A stretch of 64,000 bases of DNA, taken from Curvularia clavata (lineage: Eukaryota). Positions 1 through 12,663 of the stretch are shown here, in pieces. The position numbers were made by a program, and so were the translations under genes. A model generated the notes under the pieces. The model did no database searches. It saw nothing but the letters and a program-made list of their open reading frames with translations, and was not told where the DNA came from. The stretch is from positions 2,480,001-2,544,000 of the forward strand of contig CP089279.1 of the NCBI GenBank assembly GCA_023920165.1, read 5' to 3'. Each line of letters opens with the position of its first letter. Positions within the stretch are counted from its first letter, which is position 1.

Positions 1-45
1 AGGAAAGATGAGAAGTCCAGCAAGATGGGTTCAAAGTAAACACAC

Positions 46-3000
46 TCACGCCTGCCGACTGAGTAACAGCTCCACCGCTCGGTCAACTCTCAAGCCGGAC
101 CCCAAATCAGTCAAGCGCAGCGCCTCTCGCGCTTGCTCGGGCGTAAAACCCATTTCGACGATGCGGTAAATCGCCTTCTCGGCCGTATGCTCGTGGCTAG
201 GGGTCGAGTAGATGGAGCGCTGTCGCAAGTGCTGCTGGGAGATGCCGCTCCTAGGACTGACGGGAGAGCTTAGATCGCTTTCGCGGCTTCCGTTGCGGTG
301 GTGAAAGGCATAGTGGTTGGGTGGCGCTGAAACGAGGTGAGGCGGGGCGGGAGATGCGGAAAGGGGGTGGTGAGAGGGTGCATCTTCAGGGACAGAAGGC
401 ATTGGGTGTCCGATCATGTAGGCTTGCCAGTCCGGGGCATTTGACGCCGTTGTGGTAGAAGGGGTTGGAAGGAGGGGTTGAGCGACTGTGCGACAGGGTG
501 GTGAGCCAATGCTTGTAACACTACCTAGTGTGTACAAGTCGCGGTTGCTCTGGTAAGTTGATACTGATGGAGATGAGGGATGTACTTCCGCTGTTCTTGG
601 CCAATGAGGTAGTGGTGGGTGTTCTCCAGCCCTCGTCAGGTTCGAGACTACGCTGCGGTGGTCGAGAGGCGTAGCTACTGTCGAGGCAGTGGGGGTTGGT
701 AGCAGCGGTTGGGCAAACGTTCTTCGAGGTGGAGAGGGCGTTCTGGAGGTTGGAAGCTCAGACACAGACTGTCCGTCAGTAGAAATCAACATTGATGACC
801 TGAGAGTAGGCACATGAGTGACGATATCACCCGTTGAGCCTTTCTTATGGACCGGAGGGCGAGTCAGGTTCTTGATAACTGTATCCCAGTCCGACATAGG
901 CCGTTCTTGCGACATGTGGATCGCAGGGGGTTGATCGCTGCTTGTTCTGCGCTGACGAAGTTCGCTAATGTGCTGTTGAATGCGTATCCTAGATTGCTGA
1001 CGCTGGACGTCGCGGGTAGAGATTTCGGCATACGTGTTTGCAATCTTGTCTTCATAAATGCGCGAAGCAGCTTCCCTAAGAAATTTGCGACGAGTGTTCC
1101 CAGGAGCTGGTGGCTTCCAATTGACCCAGCCATTCTCAGCAGCAATGGTGAAACCTTTGGGGTCAGACGGATGATAGGGCCCAGTCAGCTTCAAAACCGC
1201 GGCTGGTCCAAAGGTCAAGAGGTAGTAGCACCATTCATCTAGACGGATTAGTCGTATGAATAGGCTTGAGATCGGAGCAACATACCAAGCATCATCTCCT
1301 CGCCATCAATATCGCCACCTCGGATATCTGTGTTGTCGTATATGCCTGCCTGGCGTGCTTGAACGGTTCGGCCCTCAAAGCTTTGCAAGAGTACTGCTAG
1401 ACAGTTCCATAACTCCATAATGTCAAAAAGCTGCTCGGCGGTGAGCCCGCCTTCGTTGCCCTTACCGAAGCTTTCGGACATGCCGACTAGCGTGTCATTC
1501 ATAAGATCCGTGCCGCTCATGCTGAAGGTGCAAGTTTCCTGATGAGCTAGGGCTCCTCCGTTGAGCCAGTCCATTTGTGCAACAAGGTCGTCCTCTCGTC
1601 CTTTGCCCAAGCCGAAAATTATGCAAAATGTCCATATGCGCCACAACGCATCGTCGACTCTGGCCGACTCTAACGGATCCGTACTCAGGAGTGCAGCCGT
1701 AATCTCTGGTCGTATAAATGATTGACACTTCTCGAGGATCTCCAGCTTGATAGCACGAATGGCTTGAATGTCTCGTTTTTGGAGCTGTAGATACGTCGCG
1801 GGAGTGTATTCCTCTTCTGGTCGCGTCATTTCAAGGTCTTCTGCATGCAAACGGTCGTGGCCAGGAAACGCGATTTCTCTGAACTCCCATGCTGGAGGCG
1901 ACATAGCCTGGAGAGTAGATTTGATGAGGTCGAGTTCGTGGCGCTTGTAAACGCGGTAGAAGCCATGATTGATAAGAGCAGCAGCGAAAAGATCGTCAAA
2001 ATGATCCAGGTGTTGCAGGATGTTCAGAATGACAGTCTCGGCACCAGCAGGAGAGATTATTGGGCCGGCACTGAGTGTTTTGGTTGACTTGACCTCATCC
2101 GGTTCGATTGGCAGCTGGGAAAATACCACATCTACACTTGCCCTTCTGTACATGGGAATCATGAGTTTCAACGTCTTGCTTGCCCGAGGACGCCCCCGTC
2201 GAACTTGCGAAGCAATGTGGTTTTGTGGCAGGCGAGACAACTTGGGATTTCTGGCAGCTGACTGGCGTCTACTAGATTTTCGAGGCAAGGGAGGTGGAGC
2301 GTCGAGAGAATCACTGAGGGTGGATTCTGCGCGAGGAATATGTGCGCTACCATCCTCAGCTGAAGGGCTGCGTATCTCCCACCGGAAGAGATTGGTCTCT
2401 GCAAGGGGCGTCCTATCTTTCTCCTCCGCTCTCAGGTCGCTAATGCTCTCGAACGAAGCCAATTGCTGATGCAGGTCGCATTCCGCTTCGCTAAGGGTGG
2501 GGCTGCAGGGCGTCTCTGACCCATGCCCGGGCCCGGCGGGATGAGCAGCTTGTGTCTGTAAGCCCAGCCGCGGGCTCGGGTTTACATTTTGCCGCGAACC
2601 ACTCCATTTGGGGTTGCACTCTATTTTTGGTCCCCGGGTTCCGGTATTATGCGGGGTGTTATATATAGCATGGGGTCCGCAGGTAGCTTGGGAGACGCCG
2701 TTTTCTGGACTAGAAGACTGGTGTGTGTATCTTCGGGGCGGTTCAATCGGTGGGGCTTTGCGATGGCACTCGTCGTTGTTGGAGCTTGCATCTGCTTTGG
2801 AGGCAGTGTTCGGAGACTGAGGGTTGTCTGGTTTCGATATTGCATCGGCTTCGAGGCTCGTCTCTGAGGAGCTATAGCTGCGTAACGATGACGCACTGCT
2901 ATCCTGCGAATAAATCGAGCCACTGCACATAGATGTGCTTATCATCTCAGTCGCACTCTTAGGGCGTTGTGTCGGGCGAGGTTCCGGGACAGAAGTTAGG

Positions 3001-3593
3001 CCTATTGTCCTCCTCGAGCGCCTTAGAGTGGGCGGCGGCGGCGGCGACTGGACGGACGGAGACGCAGTGGAACCCCGCAGGAGACTGTGGCTTGCCAATG
3101 AGGGCGAGATGGAGTATTTGCTTCTCAACCCATCCACACTGGAATCGAAGAACGGCAGCGGCGGAAGTGGGTCGTTGCATCTCCCGCTAGGAACTGCTAC
3201 ATTCGCGTTAGATTTTGAGTGTTTGTGTTCGCCTTGAGAGATCTTGTCGCTGCTGATGGCGACGACTTTTCCTCCTCGTTGCCATTGGATTTTGCCATCT
3301 TTATATGTTCCGATGAATGAGGCATTTCTCTCGACTGATTTTGTCTTCTTGGAACTACATCTCGTTCCTGTGAGCTTTCTGATGGGCTTCTTCCGCCATA
3401 TGGGCTTGGACTTTGGAGGATTTGTGGCAGAAGTCACCGACTGCGACTTGTTATCATCAACAGGCGAGTGGCCCTGTGTCTTTGTTTCTTGTTCTACCGA
3501 TTGGACATCTTTTTCGTTTTGCGTGTTCTCTGGGACTGCCCGTAATGTCGTACTCGATTTCGTCGTATCTCTACTTCTGAGCAACAACAGCAT
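46..3593 (-). CDS. Large protein with disordered N-terminus, conserved central domain and C-terminal UBA domain; 2 exons
   Basis: ORFs 1248-3644 and 46-1218 join through intron 1239-1285 (GTATGT donor, ACTAAT branch, TAG acceptor) giving EEMML-DEWCYYLLTFGP. C-terminus AIYRIVEMGFTPEQAREALRLTD..VDRAVELLL has the UBA MGF motif. First in-frame ATG is 3593 (ORF-track start is GTG); an upstream exon is possible. Confidence 0.75.
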
Positions 3594-6579
3594 CCTCCTC
3601 TTAAGCGAGCCTCGTGGGGCGTTGCATTCGTGGTATCGTAACACAGTATAGAAGAACGTAGGGAGCGGCGAGGTAAATGGGCCAGTGAATGAGGTGCTTG
3701 GTGTTGGAAAGGCTGCAGTTTTGCAAGATTACCCTCTAAGGATCTGCCAGAATATACAGCATGCTTATGGGTGCCGGGGATGGCCTCTATACTGCCCGGC
3801 GCCAAAATAGAAATGGCTCTAGTAAGGCGCCGCTTGACACACCTGGGGCCGAGCAACGGACAGGCGATGCATTTCACGCCGTGGCCAAAGCTGAGGTGAG
3901 ATGGGACCCAACTCACGCCGCATAGGCTGCGCACGGCAAGGATTCACAAGCGGATGGGGCGTATCCCGCCTGCGACTGGACACGAGCAGCAATCTATTGC
4001 ATACGTTGAGCATCATCGAGCTACGCGATCGGAATCATCAATCGATTCCCTGGGCGTGGTGCAGCTGGTCGGATGTCCGCCACCAGGCAGCGGCTAAGAC
4101 CGCGCCATGTGTTGTGCATGGCTATGCGGTGCGCTAGTGTTGGGGGCCCAGAATGGAGATAAGGACGAGCTTGGCAACCTGCTGCGCCATGCGAACCTGT
4201 CCTATAAAAGTGAATTGTAGACCCTAGGGTCAGTCTTGGATGGCACATCACGTTATGCTACAATTTGTTTCGCATTTCCAGCCCCGGCGTCGTTGGCTTC
4301 GGGTCTTGATCCTCTAGGCCAACACCACCTAGCCTTGTGGAAACAAATCCTTTCGCAGAGACCGTGCCAGGTATGGAGCCATTTCGGGCCGTCATATTAG
4401 AGCCGAAGCCGCATCGTAACTTTGCTGTTGTCAAACCAGACACCGCGATGCGGGCTCGAAAACCGGTACATCGGCACGTTACTGTAGTGACGCAGGTGTG
4501 TGCTTCAAGGAGATGAATAGTCGGAATCCCGTAGAGAGAGTAGAGCGGTATCAGAGATGCTTATTGAACCACCACCTAGCAAAAAGTTGAACAGAAATGA
4601 AAATTGGACGACACACTCGGCGACACGAGCTGCTAAGAACCCGAGCATTAACCAGCGACTAGCAAAACCCGGATAAATACATTCAAGAAAAGACTTGGTG
4701 AACTAACCGAGAACTGAGTAGCTATCAAATGTGGAGACGTACATCTACACCAAACCCACAGCGCCTCGTATCCATAATTCAAACACTTATGCATAATTTC
4801 CCCTGAATGCTCTCCACACATATGGATGGGGGCAGGCTCCCATTCGCCTGGTTGGTTCGTGAAAGCACGCGTGGCCTCAGAATAAGTATAGGGAAGAGAT
4901 TTCTCGGTATTGAGCACTTGCAACGGAGAATGAGGGATGACGTATTCTGTATCCGGCGTAAGTACTCCCAACACGCCGCTTGTTATTGTAGATCCCCGCC
5001 CGTTCCCATCACCAACCTAGGGATCCCCGAGCAAACCACAACGCTTGAGTCTTGTTAACAGGACGGAGTCGATCTCCTCGGAATGAGGGGTAGCGTGTCA
5101 CTTGAGTGAACTACTACTGGTCAGGCCTAGGATACAACTAGCATTCTGAAACGTAGTGAATAGAAGTAAGCCTTTTAGACTCCCTTTTAAGTCCAATAGA
5201 GGGGATTGATTCACACTCCCAACAGCACTGAGACTGACAACATTGCATTAAGGCAACAATACTAGCGTAAATGGCGCAACACATTTGGGATGATATAGTA
5301 ATACGTACAAGCTGCAGTGTTTTCTCTTAACGTGGAAGGCTAAATGAGTACAATGAAGTCAGCAGCGAACGACGCTACAACTTGCTCCTCCTATTAGCCA
5401 TGTGGCACGAAATCCAAGCATTTATTATGTTGGGGCTGACGAGACACATTTCGTGAACATAAATTCATGCCAATTACACATTGACAGATACCAAACCATG
5501 TGATAGCCGATGTTCCGAAACTTCAACAGTAAGACAAACAGCCTTAGGTGCCTCGGCCGCTACTGGCCATATCTGCTTGGATTTCGAGTCCACAAATACA
5601 TCAGAAATTCGAGGGTTTCGTTTATTGAAGCAACCCTTGCAGTTTAGTGGCATGAACGAGTACCCGAATCGTGGAGAATACCCTGAGCACTTGGCTCCAG
5701 TGCGGAGAGTTCACACCACGGCTGCCGTTACATGAGGCATTTATAATGCAGCTTTTCGTTATCAGTGAAAGCTTTTAGCCACACCTCTTTCAGTAACAAC
5801 TAGAGTTACTGAAGCCACTCTGGACATCTTGTTTTAAGCGACACAGCTAGTATACGCCATCTGACGTGTACTGTACGCGGCCTGGATTCAATTGCTTATT
5901 TTCATTCACCGCAATACTACCGTAGACGGTCTGTGCACCTTAGGATTCGGTCATGCAGTACTAACATGGATTCTTCAAGTGCGATCAGCCACTTGCATAC
6001 GGGCGGTGCAATCTCATTGTAAGAATGCACGTGCTGATGTACTTGCGGTGTTGTTGGAGCTGGCGTATAGGAGTGGGCTGTCTCAATCCACTGGAGACTG
6101 ACATGTATCTTAGTATCCTATTCGAATCTAGTGCATCTGCACACTTGGCATGACTACTGCTTACCAGCAGTCCTTTTTGTTCTCATCTGATTGCATACTA
6201 TCCTCCGCGCCGCCGACCGAGGACCCACAACAACAGCAGTTGTTGTGGATTATGCACAGATATGCGTACTTATTCAGACTGGTAAGACGTGTCGTAGTAG
6301 TGACGTTTTGAATCTGAGAGATGGCTGAGACATGACCAATACAAACAGGACACAGAAGAAGCAAGTCAGAAAACTCGGCTTGGAAGAGTCCTAGATGGAT
6401 GAGCGGAACAAGGAGGTTTTTCCGTGAATTAGCATTTGATTTCAAAGGTCATTGCTAATAACCTATAGCACTAAATCCCCATAAGAATCAGGTCCAACTA
6501 CAACATAGAAAATCATCTGGTCTTATACACAGCATGCAAACACTACCTACAGAACACCTTTCCATCCTCTATCCACCCT

Positions 6580-7831
6580 CTAATCCTGTAGATCCAAAAC
6601 AACCCTTCCCTGCAACCTACCCTCATGCATCTCATTGAACACATCCGTCAGCTTCTCCATCTTCTCCGTCCTAAAATGCGTCTTGACAATACCCCTCGCC
6701 GCAAAGTCCATGGCCTCAATCGCCTCTTTCCTGGTTCCTACAGCCGATCCTACAATCTGCAGCGACTTGGCAACGAGTAAACTAGGTGTTGCGCTCTTAA
6801 TCGGCACCAACTCTCCCTCTGGGATACCCACGCAAACAACACGGCCCCCAAATCGCAGCAGCTCTGCTGACTGTGCATACGCCGCATTGTTGGCAGTACA
6901 GACGACGACGGCATGGGCGCCAAGTCCATTCGTAAGCGACTGTACAGCTTGCACGACGTCTTGGTCGCCATCTACGGCGATGAAGTGCTCGGCTCCGCTT
7001 TCCATGACGATATCTTTTTTGCTGCTGTGATCGATACCAATGACACGGTGGCCAATACCGCGAGCACTGAATTGAACGGCGAGATGGCCCAGTCCGCCCC
7101 CAGCCCCGGAAATCACGACCCAGTTCCCGGACTCGGCGTTGGTCTTTCGCAGTGCGGCGTAGACTGTCACGCCGGCGCAAAGCAGTGGCGCGGCGGCGTC
7201 CGAAGGGAGAGCATCGGGGATGGGTGTGACGTAGTTTGCGGGTGAAACTACGTATTGCTGGAAGGTTCCTGGGGTGTAGTAACCTGAAACTTTCTGTTGA
7301 TGGGGAGGTTAGTGAAGTTCCGGTTTTTTGAAGTTCTCATGCACGTCTCAATCATCCTCATTCTTTGACCCCTCCCGAGGAATATCAGAAACACATGGAG
7401 GGAAGTAACAACAGCGAGTGAACAGAATAGGAAAGATAAAAAGCAGAGAGCAAACTCACTCCATTGAAACAAGCAGCATCCATACCCGCTCTACACGCCT
7501 CACACGCTTCACAAATCCCCGCCATCCACTTGATTCCTACCCTCTGCCCCATCTTGACGCTCGAATTGTCGGTTCCAGGCCCCATCTGCACAATTGTGCC
7601 CACGCCCTCATGTCCACCGACCTGTCCCGCTTGTGTGGGAAACGGCAGCATCTTCCATGAATTCGTCATGACGCCGAGATCCGAATGGCAGACACCCGAG
7701 TGCGTTAGCTTGATGAGAACTTCGCCCGCACCAGGTTTCGGCATGTCAAGTTCGGTTACGGACGTGGAGATGGAGCCCGGTTTGTCATAGATGGCGGCCT
7801 TGTACTTGGATGGGAGAGAGGGGGCAGCCAT
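6580..7831 (-). CDS. Zinc-dependent alcohol dehydrogenase (MDR family); 2 exons
   Basis: Motifs SGVCHSD, GHEG, structural Zn C-x2-C-x2-C-x7-C (CEACEAC..C) and GAGGGLG Rossmann loop. Intron 7294-7459 (GTGAGT..CTAAC..CAG) gives CFNG-KVSGYYTPGTFQQY. Confidence 0.95.
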
Positions 7832-8089
7832 TTTGGGTGGTGGTTGTTATCCTTTCTCTCCTGGGTACAGTGTACGTAGTGAAAACAAGAGAGGGGGACT
7901 GTAGATAAGTATGCGTACAGGACCCGAGTATTGAGAGGATGTTTCCTTTGTCTCAGGACAGCAAAATCGAGGTCAAACAGAGCACAAGAGGCAGTCTGTA
8001 TATCTCTAACAGAATGATAAGAGATGAAAGGGAAAACCTCACCCTCAAGTACTCCCTTCTTTTATACACATGCTCGGCTTCCCGTCCTC

Positions 8090-8715
8090 CCCCGCATCTC
8101 ACATATACCGACCGACTTTGCCTAACTCATACTAATTTATCGACGCCACACACGCAATCACACGCTATTCCCCTCTCTCTCTAAGCAAGCATAATCTCCC
8201 CCAAGAACACGAATCAAAAGTCTACGATTTGGTCTCTCTAAACCTTGCGGATGATTCTCGCCTCTATGTATAGGTACCAGAATCCAATTTCCTCTGCAGT
8301 TCACGAGTCAACGACTACAAGTAAGACAAGCCGAGGTCTAATCCGCAAGTAATACCACATTCGATCCTAGTCCCTACGTAAAAAGGCAAAAAAGAGGGTC
8401 TATCTATCCCAAATGCATCCCGTAGTCTCGCTGTCTACGTACCCATTTACCCCGCACCCTCACCACGCACCCCCGCGCTGATGAAGTAAAGCGGGGACCG
8501 GAACCATCTCGCGAAACCACGTGCTCTAGCTGCACGTCGCGTCTAAGCCAAGATAGCACAACCACTATCTCTTTCTTTGCTCCGAGACAGAATGTGATAG
8601 TTAGGTAGAGACGGAGGCGTAGGAGTATGGTATACTCTTTCCTCCCGAACCCGCACCAGCAGATTTCGTTGAATATGTACCTACAGGCGCAATGGTAAAA
8701 GGCAGCTAAGCGGGG
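8090..8715. promoter_or_regulatory. Cluster of SYGGRG (CreA/Mig1-type) sites upstream of the ADH gene
   Basis: GCGGGG/CCCCGC at 8090, 8450, 8471, 8491 and 8710, within 260-890 bp upstream of the ADH ATG. Confidence 0.4.
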
Positions 8716-9671
8716 AATAAAGCATGTGCGTAGCAATAATACCTTGCTCCTACATACTCTGTACATGTACATATAAGTAGCCTTTGGCGTACCCCGAATA
8801 TACTCAACCCCACCACAGACGCTAGCAGCAGATCTAAAAGCATCCTTCCCCCAGTCCCATCTCCGCCATCCCGCTTTTCCATCCACAACTTCATCATCCT
8901 TCCCATGGTCAGATCAAAACTTTATCTTCAGACTAGACAAACCCACATCTCAACCGCGCCCATTTCACACACTCCCCAAACAACAAGGGGAGAAAAGGCG
9001 AAAAAGAGAGTTCAAACAGCTCTGTATATCAAACACATTGCACAAAACTCAATCTGGTTTCATAACGGCATGACGACTTGTGATCGACACACGCCATGAA
9101 CGTATAGCTCGGCCGAACAGCAAGAAAGAAACTTTACCTAGCCCCAGATCAGATGAAGAAGTGAAACGAACCAGAGGGGTGGCTGCCACAAACCACGTAT
9201 GAGACAGACAAACATCCGAAAAGATCTTGATCAGAAGGGAAACCGATTCGAAAGTTTAAAAAGTCTTTGCGACATTTTTATTTTGGAGCCTACTACCACT
9301 ACTCTCCCTTGTCCGTCCTATTAAAAAAAAGAGCCTAATTAAGCCCCAGCACCGCATTAAAGCTGCGTGTGTTGCGCGCCATTAGATCAGGAAAAAAAAC
9401 GCCCTTTCCATGAAGATTGGAAGAAGTAGCCTCCATCTTTAAATAAAAGCAAAAAGTGGTATAGTACAAGAAAAGGTTCATCTCGCGCATAGAAGCGTTA
9501 AAGGGGCGTTAGAAGTAAGAAAGGTATAAGGGGGAAAAGAGAGACTGCCAAACACCGTATAGACCATGGAGTTGATGCATCCTTTTGCTGTTCTCCCAAA
9601 CGATGCAAGTCTCCTTTTTTTTCCCATGCTAGAAAAATGTTACGTGTTTGCGCCGTATGTAGTTGAATGCT

Positions 9672-12663
9672 TTATGCACCCTGGTTGGTGATGAAAGAGC
9701 TGGCAAGAAGGTCATCCGCGCTAGGACGCTTCTCGTGATCGATGAGGAAGGTTTCGGCAAGGAACTTCCTGGCATCCTCACCAGCGTTGTCGGGAATGGT
9801 TGGGCTGGCATCACCACTGCCACCAATCTTGAAGATAGCTTGCAGTTGTGTGCAGTTGGGATGCGGGTGGCTTCCAGTAAACATCTCGACGACCAGGCAA
9901 CCAAGAGACCAGATATCGGCCTTGCGGGTGTACGCCGTCTGTCGAACGACTTCGGGAGCCATCCAGAAGACCGAACCTTGCAGCGAGACACGCTGGGCTC
10001 CCTTCTTGCTGCCGCCCAATGTGGAGGCCTCGATACGCTTGGAAATTCCGAAATCCGAAATCTTGACCGAGCCCTTGTTGTCGACGAGGATGTTGGCGCC
10101 CTTGATGTCTCGGTGGATAATGTCCCGCGAATGAAGGTATGAAAGACCAGTCAGAATTTGACGGACAAAGTTTTGGATGAGGGATTCGCCAAGAGGACCG
10201 TAGTTGACCAACATTGTCGCAACGGAACCACCAGGGACATACTCGAGGAAAATGTTGAGATGGCTCTCGTCCGAGTTGGAACCCAGGTACTGCACAATGT
10301 TCTTGTGCTTGAGCTCTCGAAGAAGACCAATCTCGTGCTTCAGGGCCTCGACCATGTTGGTCTTCTTGTGATCCATCTGAGAAGCGCCAGCTACCGATGG
10401 AAGCTCGACTTGCTTGACGGCCATGAGCTCACCAGTTACGGCGTGCAGTGCAAGGTACACACTGCCAAAGGAACCCTGTCCAATGAGAGCGCCCTTCATG
10501 TACTTGACGTTGTCCCAGGAGTCTTGTTCCAGGTACTCTGCCAGTTCGTCATCGGACTCTTCACCGTCTTCGGCCAAGGCTTCTGATAGTCGTTTGTTGA
10601 GCGAATCGCCGTTTTCTGTGTTGCTACTGCTGCTGCCGGCAAGGCTACTACCAGCATCGTCAAAGTAGGACTGAAGAGTCGTGTTGCCATCGGGATCGGT
10701 AATGGCCAAGCTATCTCCGACGCTGTCACCACCAAACGACACGTATGACTTGCGGTTCGGCTCAAGAGGCGACTCCTCGTCCAGTGGTTCGAGGACAGAA
10801 GATGCGAGGGAGTCACGGTAGCCGCTCTGATGGGGCAATCCGAGACGCATGACTGACAAGGGACGGAGAGGGCGAGCTTGCGCACCTCCTTGAAGCCAGC
10901 TGTCGGCAATAGATGGCAGCGGTGGCGCATCTTTCAGGCTTGAGGCTACGCTGAAATTGGACGCCATTGACAGGCGGGATGCCGCTCGGCTGAGGCGGTG
11001 CGATCGGCGTATTGACATGCGGACAGTCTTGTCAATCTCATCCTTGCCGACATCAGGGAAATACGAAGTGAGATCAGAGGTAATAAGCTCGCTGGGTGGA
11101 CGGGCGCCGTAGAACTGCTTGAGCTTGCGTGCGCGTGCTTGGAAGTATGGTGATCTCGATGCCTCAGCAGGCCCTTCGAGGTTTTGGGCTGTGGAGTTAA
11201 TGTGGCGTTCGCGTTCCCTGGCCGACGTCGGCGATAGAGGGTAGCTGACAGCAGCGAGGGATTCGCCCGTCAGCTTCTCAATCTTGTTCTGACTGCGGTT
11301 GCTGGTGGGTACGTAGACGTTCTGTGGTTGCTGGTAGTTCTGTTGCTGGTAGATACCGGCAGCGGCCTTGAGTTGATCCTCGTCGGGCTCGCCAGCATGA
11401 ACTTTGCGGAGAATCAACCGGCCACGTTCATGTCGGTTTGCATCCTTGACCAGCCTGAAAACCTCGATGTCGCTCAAGCGCTCAGACAGTGATGGATCTG
11501 GGTCGGGGCTGTTGAGAATGTAGAAGCAGTAGTTCTTGACGTGTGCAACGTTGAGATGTCCCTTTGTGAGTGTCTTGAGCATGACTTCCTCGGCGGTCTT
11601 GCAGCCCTCGATGTTGACAACTGACGTCCGTCCTCCGTCGTAAATGACACGCACGAGAGCCTTGTCGTGGGGCAGGATGGCGCTGTTGGTAGCACTGTCC
11701 ATGCTGGGGCTTGCTCGGACATGGTGGGCGAAGCGAGCGGTTTGGGGAGTCTCGGTAGGCGTTGTCCTTTGGTTTCGCGCAAGTGCCGCCGGAGCAATGT
11801 TGGCAGAGCTGCTGGAAGCGCTGAGAGGATGGGCGCCGTATGTCTTGTTGCCTCCGTCCTTGGGGCTGTTCATGCCTCCTTGGCGTTGTGATCGCAGGTT
11901 ACGTGTCTCCTGGTCCACAAGGGGCGAGCCGGGGCGAGAGGGGGACTTTGTGCCGTATGCGTAGCTGCTCAGGTCCGAGTTTGTGATCTGCCTCGACATG
12001 CGTTTCTCCGACCGTGAGCTTACGGGGTTGGACAGTGGAGGGTTTGATCGTGCCGAGTGGAGGGGACGAGGCGAGCCGGACGAGGGAGGTGTGTATGCGG
12101 CGTTGTCTAGCGTAGCGAGCGACTGCCTGTTTGAAGTGCGGCGGGAAGCCTTCTTGTATTCTTTGTTGCGGAGCTGCTTTGCCTGGGTGCCGATGCGGAC
12201 ACGGTCGCCGACCTTCTTGATGCCCATGTCTTTGAGGTGGGTCTGGTCCATCTCCATGAGGTTCTCGCCATTGATGTGGTTGACTGAAGGATTGTCAGTG
12301 GTGGGTAGTACTGGGGAGAAGAGTGGGTGTAACATACGCTTGAAGAGCTCGACATACTGGCCACAGTTGATGCGCTTCAGCCACTCGCCAACCTTGTCCT
12401 CGTCCCAATGCCTAGACATGTCAGCGGTGGTTGTTTTTAGGGGGGCTTTGGGGGTATGCTGCTCACTTGATGGCGTCGGGAGCGTCGTAGATTTCGGAAA
12501 ACTCGGACTCGGTGGGCGAGGCAAACATGCTTTGATCAGCACGGGTGCTGGAGGCATGTGTGCGGTAGGAGTTGAGGCTGGCGTTGTACTGGGACGACGA
12601 CTGGGATGCACCTCCGCTGACGGAGGGTGCGGGATACGGGGACTTTGAGGCGAGCATGGCCAT
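9672..12663 (-). CDS. STE11: MAP kinase kinase kinase Ste11/SteC (SAM, RA-like and kinase domains); 3 exons
   Basis: Kinase motifs GQGSFG, MAVKQV, HRDIKGAN, DFG, GSVFWMAPE; N-terminal SAM (WDEDKVGEWL..LKDMGIKKVGDRVRI). Introns 12412-12466 and 12284-12337 have canonical sites; start MAMLASK at 12663. Confidence 0.97.

Noticed and set aside
4981..5242. Possible solo LTR (TGTTA..TAACA at 4981-5060, or TG..CA at 5053-5242)
   Set aside because: No target-site duplication, no second copy in the window, and the first candidate is too short.
3650..6500. Many short ORFs here and antisense ORFs over real genes throughout the window
   Set aside because: No recognisable motifs or splice support; expected from GC content and codon bias.
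12463..12611. ORF-track N-terminus of STE11 (MHPSRRP..)
   Set aside because: Wrong frame with a GTG start; exon 1 is the 12663 ATG frame spliced at 12466.
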